Positions 27,039 through 34,044 of a stretch of 57,670 bases of DNA are shown piece after piece; the stretch's first letter is position 1; the number at the start of each line of letters is the position of its first letter. The DNA comes from an uncultured archaeon (lineage in GTDB: Archaea; Nanohalarchaeota; Nanosalinia; Nanosalinales; Nanohalalkaliarchaeaceae): assembly GCA_964575915.1 (NCBI GenBank), contig CAZNTD010000001.1, forward strand, positions 1 through 57,670. The letters are read 5' to 3'. The notes beneath the pieces are model-generated. The model was not told where the DNA came from and did not search any database. It saw only the letters and a program-made list of their open reading frames with translations. A program made the translations under genes and the position numbers.

Positions 27039-27920
27039 GTGGCTACAGTGAGGGACGACCTGGATATCGATACCGGCATCGTGGCGGAGTGGTTCGAGAC
27101 CGACGACCTGTGGGCGTTCCTCGGCGACCTCTCCGGCGCGCTGGACGGCGACGCACGTGCGGTCCTGCCGCACAGCGTGGAGCCCGAGACGGGTCGGTCC
27201 TACGCCGAGACCCGGCTGGACCGGTACGCCGACCACCCCGACTTCGACCGGGCGGTCGCCGCCGCGCTCGCCAGCCAGGACCTGAACGGCACCGCCGACG
27301 TGGCCGCCGCCCTCTTCCCGCACGACCGGCCGTTCAGCAACGTCCCGTTCCGCCCATCGTTCGCCCCGTCCGAGGGCGACGCGCTACAGCGGTACGTCTC
27401 GCTGGACGGGACGCGGGAGGAGCTCGTGCCCCCGGTCGAGGACGCGCTGCCGTACCGGGAGCGGTTCGACCGGGCGATGCGCCACGCCGTCACCTACGCC
27501 CACAACTTCGAGACGCTGCGCCACGAGTCCCGCGTCACCGTCCCCGGCATCGAGATCCACATGGCCGAGGGCAACGAGGGGCCGTGGCCCTACATCGTCG
27601 CGGAACACGTCGACGGCCCGGCGCTCTCCCAGATCTGGAGCAAGGACTGCGACGAGATCATCGACATGCAGTACGGCAAGGCGAACGTCGACGGCGAGAA
27701 GCTGGCGAAGGACCGGAAGATATCCTACCGGCGGCTGCTCGGTGGCACAGACTACCGCGTGGACGACGACCAGACGCTCTACCTCGTCCACCCCGGCCAC
27801 TACATCCCGGAGAAGACCGAGGACCAGTTCGCCGATGACCCGCACGTCCCGGACCCGGACGAGGTCGACGCGATGGCCGACCCGGACTACTGGGACGGCC
27901 CGGCACGGATAACCTTTTAA
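27039..27920 (+). CDS. acidic hypothetical protein
   Basis: 293-aa ORF with a GTG start about 28 nt downstream of TATA catttaaaacg. No motif recognised. Confidence 0.55.
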   Translation: MATVRDDLDIDTGIVAEWFETDDLWAFLGDLSGALDGDARAVLPHSVEPETGRSYAETRLDRYADHPDFDRAVAAALASQDLNGTADVAAALFPHDRPFSNVPFRPSFAPSEGDALQRYVSLDGTREELVPPVEDALPYRERFDRAMRHAVTYAHNFETLRHESRVTVPGIEIHMAEGNEGPWPYIVAEHVDGPALSQIWSKDCDEIIDMQYGKANVDGEKLAKDRKISYRRLLGGTDYRVDDDQTLYLVHPGHYIPEKTEDQFADDPHVPDPDEVDAMADPDYWDGPARITF

Positions 27921-27946
27921 ACAGTTCTCGCGCAACCGCTACGCGT

Positions 27947-28132
27947 GCCCCGGTGGCTTAGCCCGGTATAGCGGCCGACTTGTACGCCTGCCGTGGCAGG
28001 CGGCAGCACGGACCACCTCCGGTGGTCTCCGCTTCGCGGAACCTGGACCCTGCCCGATACGCTGACGCCGTTCACGGCGGATGACCTGACCAGGAGATCG
28101 GCAGGCCGTGGGTTCAAATCCCACCCGGGGCT
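27947..28132 (+). tRNA. tRNA-Thr (anticodon UGU) with 112-nt intron at 37/38
   Basis: Acceptor GCCCCGG/CCGGGGC, anticodon stem GCCGA/TCGGC, loop CT-TGT-A[intron]A, T arm GTGGG-TTCAAAT-CCCAC, discriminator U. TATA cttttaaac lies about 30 nt upstream. Confidence 0.8.
27985..28096 (+). other. tRNA-Thr intron
   Basis: Bulge-helix-bulge-compatible junctions: exon CTTG pairs with intron CAGG (4 bp). The 5' bulge is TA|C and the 3' bulge is AG|A. Confidence 0.7.
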
Positions 28133-28170
28133 TTCCCCTTCATTCTCGCGGGATTTGTCCGTCTCTCCGG

Positions 28171-28569
28171 TCAGTCGATACGCGTGACCGTGGAGATGGA
28201 GACGTAGACCCGGCCGTCCCGGTCACGGCCCGGCGCGATGTCCGCGGTGGTCGAGAACGGCTCCCGCCGGTCATGGTCGAAGGTGAGGCCGCCCGCCACG
28301 CCGTACCGGGCATCCCCCGCCGCATCAAGGTCGGCCATCCAGGCGCCGTCAAGACGGACGTCCCGGAGCGGCCGGTCGTCAGTCCGTGCCGCGGCCGCCT
28401 CGATACCGGCGGTCACGGCGCCGTACACCCGGTCGGACCGGATGTGCGCCCGGTCCCGGCGCAGCGCGTCCCGCACCGCCTCGTACACCGCGTCATCGCT
28501 GATGGTGATGCCGTCCACCACGACGTACCGCAGGTCCCTGTCGTCGGTCACGGGCAGGTCACGACACAT
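28171..28569 (-). CDS. hypothetical protein
   Basis: 132-aa acidic ORF. Its TATA (ccttatttatac on the minus strand) lies about 22 nt upstream. Confidence 0.5.
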   Translation of the reverse strand: MCRDLPVTDDRDLRYVVVDGITISDDAVYEAVRDALRRDRAHIRSDRVYGAVTAGIEAAAARTDDRPLRDVRLDGAWMADLDAAGDARYGVAGGLTFDHDRREPFSTTADIAPGRDRDGRVYVSISTVTRID

Positions 28570-28597
28570 TTAAGCATCCGGCCGGTATAAATAAGGT

Positions 28598-29038
28598 ATG
28601 GACACGGACAGGCGTTCGGTGCGGTACGTCAACCGGGAGCGGGTGGACCGGACGTACGGCGTCGAACTGTCACCGGACGGGGCGACGTTCCTCGCGGGCG
28701 GCGACCTGCTCGTCGCCGCATCCGGCGGGACCGGCGGGGAGTACGTGGTCGCGGCGGACCACCCCCTGGACGTGGCGGGGCTGGACCGGGACCGGGTCTC
28801 CCGGTTCATCGACGACCTGGAGGCTGCCGTCCCGGGCCGCCACGCGTGGTACGACGGCAAGCCGAAGGGGACGCGTGTCGTCGACCTGCCGCACCGTGAC
28901 CCGCCGGAGAAGACGCCCATCAACACCGTCGACCCGGCGTACGGGGCGGCGCTGGACGCGGTCAGCCGTGAACTCGGCCGGCGGACGGACCACCCGGTCA
29001 TGGCACTCGGGGCGCTGCCGTTCCAGTGGGACGACTAG
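28598..29038 (+). CDS. hypothetical protein
   Basis: 146-aa ORF. TATA catttaagc lies about 27 nt upstream. Confidence 0.5.
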   Translation: MDTDRRSVRYVNRERVDRTYGVELSPDGATFLAGGDLLVAASGGTGGEYVVAADHPLDVAGLDRDRVSRFIDDLEAAVPGRHAWYDGKPKGTRVVDLPHRDPPEKTPINTVDPAYGAALDAVSRELGRRTDHPVMALGALPFQWDD

Positions 29039-30567
29039 CGGAACGCCGCGAGGAGATCCTGCAGGAACCGCTGCAGCGCGGCGAACACCGTGTTCACGAG
29101 GTTCCGGGCATCGCCACCGACCGTCCCGTTCGTGGGGAGGATGGGTGAGCCGCCCGGGTCCAGGTCCGGCCGCTCCACCGGTTCGATGGGGACCTGGTCC
29201 ACCTGGCCCTCGAGGTCACCGAGTTCGGGGATGACCGGCTCCATCTCGTTCACCTCGTCGAGGCATGCGCGGAGCTGCGCCTCGGATGGCAGGTCGCACG
29301 GCCGGAACGTCGCGTCCATGAGGGACAGGATCTGCTCGTTGGACGTGGCGGTGTCCTCGATGGCCTCGGTCCGATCCTCGTTCAACTGCCGGAGGTCGCG
29401 GTAGACGGGCTGGAGCGACTCCGCACCTTCCTCCATGACGTGGTTGCGGATGACGAGTTCGCCGTACGCGTAGCCGAACGTCCGGTCGATGGAATCCTGC
29501 TCGAAGAGCGTCCACTCCAGCATCGCGTTTGAGCCGGACGCGTAGTAGTCCCACAGGTCCTCGGGCGTCTTCCGGGGCGGGTAGGTGTGCGTCCGGTTGA
29601 TGCGCACCGTCTCGCCGAATATCTCCGCCTGCGGGACGGACCGGTTCGCGTTCACCAGCCACTCGACGTACTTGGCGGTGCCCTCGTCGAACCACGCCCG
29701 TTGCGCCCGGGTCCACCGCAGCGCCTGCTCGTTGAACCCGTGCATGACCTCGTGGAGGAGGACGCCGGGGCCGTGATCGCTCTCAAGCGTCGGCCGTTTC
29801 ATGAAGATGATGCCGCCGGTCCGGTACTGGCCGGCGCTCCACCGGTCCACCTCCGCCTCGTATGTCTCCGCGTCGTAGACGATGACCGGATACCGGTTGA
29901 CCGTGGGCAGGAAGCCGGTCACCGCGGCGGGCACCCAGTAGAGGTCGTCGGCGGTCGAGATGTCGCCCGGGCCGAACAGCACCATGTTGTCGTACCGTTC
30001 GCCCTGGTCGCTGACCGTGAGATGGAGGTTGACAGGTCCTTCCCCGGACAGGTTGATGCCGTTCGGCTCCATCGCGGCGTCGAACCCGAGGCTGTGCGAC
30101 TGGCTGTGAAGCGCGCGCTCCGTCGATACCTGGACCTGCGTGACCTCGTCCGGCCGGTCGGGATACCGGTCGGAGAAGCCGGACAGGCGCAGCCGCACCA
30201 GGTCGAGTTCCCGGTACTCCTCCGTCACCGCACTCTCGGTGGTCGCGTGTACGGTCACGACCTCGCGGGTCCGGGCTGTTCCCTGGTTGGTATCGAACCG
30301 GAGCACCCCGTCATCGAAGGTATAGTCCTCGATTGGCCCCAGTGAATCGCTGACGGACAGTACGCGGAACCTCTCGGGAAGCGGGAATCCCTGGTTGCTG
30401 ACTCGCCAGAAGTTTTTCGGCTCGTCCGCGTACAGTTCGAATGTGACGTTGAGGTCCGCGGTGTCGCCGTCGACCGTGATGTCGTACGACGTGACGGCGC
30501 CGACAGCGGGCATCAGGAGCAGCAGGACCGCGAGCGGCAGGACGCCGCGCACCAGGCGTGTATGCAT
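29035..30567 (-). CDS. secreted gluzincin-type zinc metallopeptidase-like protein
   Basis: Signal/anchor VRGVLPLAVLLLLMPAVGA. HEVMH followed by 18 residues and then E (HEXXH-X18-E). Confidence 0.7.
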   Translation of the reverse strand: MHTRLVRGVLPLAVLLLLMPAVGAVTSYDITVDGDTADLNVTFELYADEPKNFWRVSNQGFPLPERFRVLSVSDSLGPIEDYTFDDGVLRFDTNQGTARTREVVTVHATTESAVTEEYRELDLVRLRLSGFSDRYPDRPDEVTQVQVSTERALHSQSHSLGFDAAMEPNGINLSGEGPVNLHLTVSDQGERYDNMVLFGPGDISTADDLYWVPAAVTGFLPTVNRYPVIVYDAETYEAEVDRWSAGQYRTGGIIFMKRPTLESDHGPGVLLHEVMHGFNEQALRWTRAQRAWFDEGTAKYVEWLVNANRSVPQAEIFGETVRINRTHTYPPRKTPEDLWDYYASGSNAMLEWTLFEQDSIDRTFGYAYGELVIRNHVMEEGAESLQPVYRDLRQLNEDRTEAIEDTATSNEQILSLMDATFRPCDLPSEAQLRACLDEVNEMEPVIPELGDLEGQVDQVPIEPVERPDLDPGGSPILPTNGTVGGDARNLVNTVFAALQRFLQDLLAAFR

Positions 30568-30664
30568 GGTATATCACGTCCCGCTGGAGGTATAAGAAAC
30601 CCGCGGGGGCCAGGGAAACCGTCCCCTCCTTTATAAAGGTTTAGTGATTAGTGAGGGGTAGGAG

Positions 30665-30865
30665 GTGTACACTTTGGAAGGTACAGTTGCCTTCTTCCAT
30701 GATAGGAAGAAGTACGGCTTCATCGAGTCCGACGATGTGGAAGACGACGTCTTTTTCCACCTCGACGACATCGATGGAGAATCCATCGCTGAAGGCGACC
30801 AGGTCTCGTTCGAGGCCGAGGAAGCTGAGCGTGGTCCGCGGGCGACGAACGTCGAGATCCTGTAG
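30665..30865 (+). CDS. csp: cold-shock domain protein
   Basis: GTVAFFHDRKKYGFI (RNP1-like) and DVFFH (RNP2-like). GTG start preceded by ggagg. Confidence 0.85.
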   Translation: MYTLEGTVAFFHDRKKYGFIESDDVEDDVFFHLDDIDGESIAEGDQVSFEAEEAERGPRATNVEIL

Positions 30866-30874
30866 AAGGGATCC

Positions 30875-30893
30875 GATCCCGTCTTACGGGATC
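30875..30893 (+). terminator. hairpin downstream of csp followed by pyrimidine-rich tract
   Basis: GATCCCG-tctta-CGGGATC (7-bp stem), then a tctttctccttcttcc tract. Confidence 0.4.
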
Positions 30894-30992
30894 ACCCCGG
30901 TTTGACAGTCTTTCTCCTTCTTCCCATTATCTTTCTCACCTGGGATTCCTATACCGTACCGATATCGATACAACGCAGGGAGGAAGATGCTG

Positions 30993-31931
30993 TCAGTCGC
31001 CGGGTTTCTCCGCGTCCAGGTCGAGCTCCTCGATGAGCTCCCGGGCACGGGCACGGACCGTGACGGTCGTCACCCCGAGCGTCTCCCCGACGTCGGTGAT
31101 GGTGCGGTCCTCACCGGCCATCCGCGCCGCCACGAACAGCGCCGCCGCGGCGATGCCGGTGGGCGACTTGCCGGAGAGGAGTTCCTGGTCGCGGGCCCGG
31201 CCGATGATGTCCAGGGCGTGCTCGCGCACCGCATCGCTCAATTCGAGCCGGTCCGCGAACCGCTTCAGGTGGTCCTCCGGTGCGGGTGGCAGGACACGGA
31301 CATCCGTGTTCCGGCCGATGTACCGGTAGGCGCGGCCGACCGACTTCTTGGACGTCCCGACAGCGGCCGCGACCTCGTCCAGCGTCCGCGGATCGGTCTC
31401 GTCCTTCGCCGCGATGTAGATGACACCGCCCAGCATCTGCGGGAACGGGTACGCCCGCATCAGCCCCTTGTCCCGGACGACCTCGAGCAGTTCGACCGCC
31501 CGGTCGTGGACGTCACGGGACAGTTCAAGGGACGAGATGGCCTGCTGCATCCGGGTCATCTCGTACGCCGGCCGGTCCTGGATGTCGGGCAGCCACTTCT
31601 CGATGCCGCGGTACCGGTCGGTCATCGCCACGAGCAGTATCCCGGCGGCGACCATGACCATGTTGAACCCGACCACCGCCACCGCCATCAGCGCGATCTC
31701 GGTGCGTGGCGCCAGCAGCTCGTCGTACTCCCGGCCGATACGGGAGAGGTAGACCAGGAGGGCGGGGAGGAGCGCGACCGCGAGGTGGACCGGGACGTGC
31801 ACCCCGAGCAGCGTCTCGACCACGACGCTCCCGGTCACCCACTCGAACAGGAGGACCGTGGAGAACACGATGAACCCGTACTCGATGCACGCGAACCCGA
31901 CCTTGCCCCACACCGGTCGTCCTCCCGTCAT
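30993..31931 (-). CDS. TFB/TFIIB-core (two cyclin-fold repeats) protein with N-terminal transmembrane region instead of zinc ribbon
   Basis: The C-terminal 200 aa carry two TFIIB repeats (LELSRDVHDRAVELLE..., LELSDAVREHALDIIG...GKSPTGIAAAALFVAARM...). The N-terminal ~110 aa have three hydrophobic helices and no CxxC pairs. Confidence 0.75.
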   Translation of the reverse strand: MTGGRPVWGKVGFACIEYGFIVFSTVLLFEWVTGSVVVETLLGVHVPVHLAVALLPALLVYLSRIGREYDELLAPRTEIALMAVAVVGFNMVMVAAGILLVAMTDRYRGIEKWLPDIQDRPAYEMTRMQQAISSLELSRDVHDRAVELLEVVRDKGLMRAYPFPQMLGGVIYIAAKDETDPRTLDEVAAAVGTSKKSVGRAYRYIGRNTDVRVLPPAPEDHLKRFADRLELSDAVREHALDIIGRARDQELLSGKSPTGIAAAALFVAARMAGEDRTITDVGETLGVTTVTVRARARELIEELDLDAEKPGD

Positions 31932-31979
31932 ACCATGATGTTGGCGTCCGAGGCTTAAAAGACCGGTCGGATGTCCGCG

Positions 31980-32153
31980 TCACCCCGCGAGACGGACGTA
32001 CAGGATCCAGGTGAGGGACAACCCAGCGACGAGGCCGAACGCCGTGGGGAAGAACGCGAGCACGGGGACGTTCCGGGAGATGACGCTTGCAAGCAGGAAG
32101 ACCGCGACGACCACGAGGGCGGCTCCGATACGCATATGCCGCAGGGCGGACAT
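31980..32153 (-). CDS. possible 57-aa two-TM membrane protein (not in ORF track)
   Basis: Hand translation gives MSALRHMRIGAALVVVAVFLLASVISRNVPVLAFFPTAFGLVAGLSLTWILYVRLAG. GC3-rich codons. It lies between tRNA-Trp and the TFB-like gene. Confidence 0.45.
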   Translation of the reverse strand: MSALRHMRIGAALVVVAVFLLASVISRNVPVLAFFPTAFGLVAGLSLTWILYVRLAG

Positions 32154-32161
32154 GAGCGGAG

Positions 32162-32350
32162 TGGGGACACCCGGATTTGAACCGGGATCAACCGCTCTCT
32201 CCGTGGGGTCGGCAAGATCATCGCCCGTCAGGGCTCAGCCCTCCAGACCACTGCGCAGCAGCGGAGCGTTCCGGACGGAACGCGACCGTATTGCCGCCTG
32301 CTACGGCAGGCGCTGGAGGCGGTTAGGATGCCTGATTACCCCATGTCCCC
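32162..32350 (-). tRNA. tRNA-Trp (anticodon CCA) with 116-nt intron at 37/38
   Basis: Acceptor GGGGACA/TGTCCCC, anticodon stem ACCGC/GCGGT, loop CT-CCA-G[intron]A, T arm CCCGG-TTCAAAT-CCGGG, discriminator A. TATA gttttaaatcc lies about 28 nt upstream. Confidence 0.85.
32197..32312 (-). other. tRNA-Trp intron with box C/D-like guide element
   Basis: Exon CTCC pairs with intron GGAG, with bulges AG|C and AG|A. The intron contains CTGGAGG-G-CTGA, complementary to the anticodon loop. See findings. Confidence 0.7.
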
Positions 32351-32393
32351 TCGCACGGTGGTTGCGGGTGAGGATTTAAAACCGCACCGGTGG

Positions 32394-33224
32394 TCACGGT
32401 GCGGGGCGGATGTGGAGTGTGATACCGTCCGGGTCCCGGACCGTGAATCCCTCGTCAGCCGGTTCGACCGGCATCCCCGCGTCGATACATCGCTCCTGGA
32501 GCGTCGTGACGGCGTCCCGGGACGGGACGTGGAGCGCGAACCGGTCCAGGCCGCGGCCCGACACGGGGGCGGTCCGGCCGTTCCACGTGTTCATCCCGAT
32601 ATGGTGGTGGTAGTCGGCGGCGGCCACGAACAGCGCCGTTCCGAGTTCCTGCCGGACCGTGAACCCAAGCGTGTCCACGTAGAACGCCCGGGACGCGGCC
32701 AGGTCGGTCACCTCGAGGTGGACGTGGCCGACGGTCGTCCCGTCCGGCACCCGGTCGTGGCCGTGCGCGGCGGGGCGCAGGCCGTCCAGGTCGAGGCGTT
32801 CCGTCGGCATCGCCACCATCCCGCCGGTCTCCGTCCAGTCCTCGCGGTCCCGGTCGCGGTACACCTCGATGCCGTTCCCCTCCGGGTCGGACAGATAGAG
32901 GGCCTCGCTCACCCCGTGGTCGGATGCGCCGTGCAGCGCACCGGCCGCCTCCACACGGTCCAGCACGTCCGCGAGCGCCCCGCGGTCCGGCACCCGCACC
33001 GCGGTGTGGAACAGGCCGGCCGCCTCCCGCGGCCGGTCCGGGATGTCGCGGTCCTCGCGGAGGACGATGAGCGGCCTGTCCGGGCCGAGCACCATCCGGC
33101 CGTCCTCCCGGTCCTGGACGGGCAGCCCGACGGTGTCACGGTAGAACCCGCCGACCCCGTCGAGGTCGGTCACGGTGAGCGTGACCGTGCCGGGGACCGT
33201 CCCGCCCGGGATTGTCCATGCCAC
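32394..33224 (-). CDS. two-domain VOC (glyoxalase/extradiol dioxygenase-like) family protein
   Basis: Repeated VOC modules (TLTVTDLDGVGGFYRDTVG..., VGHVHLEVTDLAASRAFYVDTLG...). The start is set at the GTG at 33224, 8 nt after the upstream stop. The track start at 33293 would overlap the upstream gene by 62 nt. Confidence 0.7.
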   Translation of the reverse strand: MAWTIPGGTVPGTVTLTVTDLDGVGGFYRDTVGLPVQDREDGRMVLGPDRPLIVLREDRDIPDRPREAAGLFHTAVRVPDRGALADVLDRVEAAGALHGASDHGVSEALYLSDPEGNGIEVYRDRDREDWTETGGMVAMPTERLDLDGLRPAAHGHDRVPDGTTVGHVHLEVTDLAASRAFYVDTLGFTVRQELGTALFVAAADYHHHIGMNTWNGRTAPVSGRGLDRFALHVPSRDAVTTLQERCIDAGMPVEPADEGFTVRDPDGITLHIRPAP

Positions 33225-33231
33225 GGCGAAA

Positions 33232-33555
33232 TCATCCCTCCTCCCGGTGCTGCCGGGAGCGCCACCGGGGCGGGTGGAGGAACCGGCGGACACGGCGGCG
33301 GGACAGGAGGTAGGAGGTGCCGCTGGTCAGCAGGAAGAGGATGCCGGCGGCGAGGAACACCATGCCGGTCCAGACCGCGAGCGGGGACTCGAACAGTTCG
33401 AGGAGGGCGACCCCGAAGAGGAACGCGGCGAACCCGGTGCGGATGTGCGCGAGGACGGTGCGTTCCCGGGCGAGCTGCGTCCGTTCCTCGGCGAGCGCCT
33501 GGATCTTCCGCTGGTGCTCCGGCAGGTCGTCGTCCGACCGGTCCGGTTCGGGCAT
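33232..33555 (-). CDS. DUF202 (YidH-like) membrane protein
   Basis: LARERTVLAHIRTGFAAFLFGVAL motif. Trimmed to MPEPDRSDDD. Confidence 0.65.
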   Translation of the reverse strand: MPEPDRSDDDLPEHQRKIQALAEERTQLARERTVLAHIRTGFAAFLFGVALLELFESPLAVWTGMVFLAAGILFLLTSGTSYLLSRRRVRRFLHPPRWRSRQHREEG

Positions 33556-33624
33556 GTGTCCCCGTTGGCACCGCTGGTTCTTGAATGCACGGGGTTGAAA
33601 AGCCGGGAGGGACAACGGGGACCC

Positions 33625-34044
33625 ATGGATCGACACGCACACGCGGAGTGGACCGGCGACCTGGAAACCGGTGCGGGAACGATGGACCTGGAGTCCGGCA
33701 CGTTCACCGGGGCGTACACGTTCGGCTCCCGGTTCGGTGACGAGAAGGGGACGAACCCGGAGGAGCTCATCGGGGCGGCCCATGCGGGCTGCTTCTCGAT
33801 GGCGCTGTCGATGCTGCTCGGCGAGGCGGGGTACGATCCGGAGAGTGTCAGCACGGACGCCACCGTCTCGCTGGACATGGAGCCGGACGTGCCGCGCATC
33901 GCATCCATCGAACTGGTCTGCCGTGCAGCGGTGCCGGGCATCGACCCGGACGAGTTCGCGGCCATCGCGGAGGATGCGAAGGAGAACTGTCCGGTGTCCG
34001 TCGCGCTCGACGTCCCGGTCACGCTCGACGCCGAACTCGTCTAG
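33625..34044 (+). CDS. osmC: OsmC family peroxiredoxin
   Basis: GTNPEELIGAAHAGCFSMAL and ENCPVS, the two conserved Cys motifs. Confidence 0.85.
   Translation: MDRHAHAEWTGDLETGAGTMDLESGTFTGAYTFGSRFGDEKGTNPEELIGAAHAGCFSMALSMLLGEAGYDPESVSTDATVSLDMEPDVPRIASIELVCRAAVPGIDPDEFAAIAEDAKENCPVSVALDVPVTLDAELV

Noticed and set aside
28062-28089. Complete box C/D sRNA inside the tRNA-Thr intron
   Set aside because: Only a CTGA-hairpin-GGATGA-C-CTGA arrangement is present. The second CTGA follows the GATGA by 1 nt, which leaves no guide. No 5' box C was found. I report it only as C/D-like elements.
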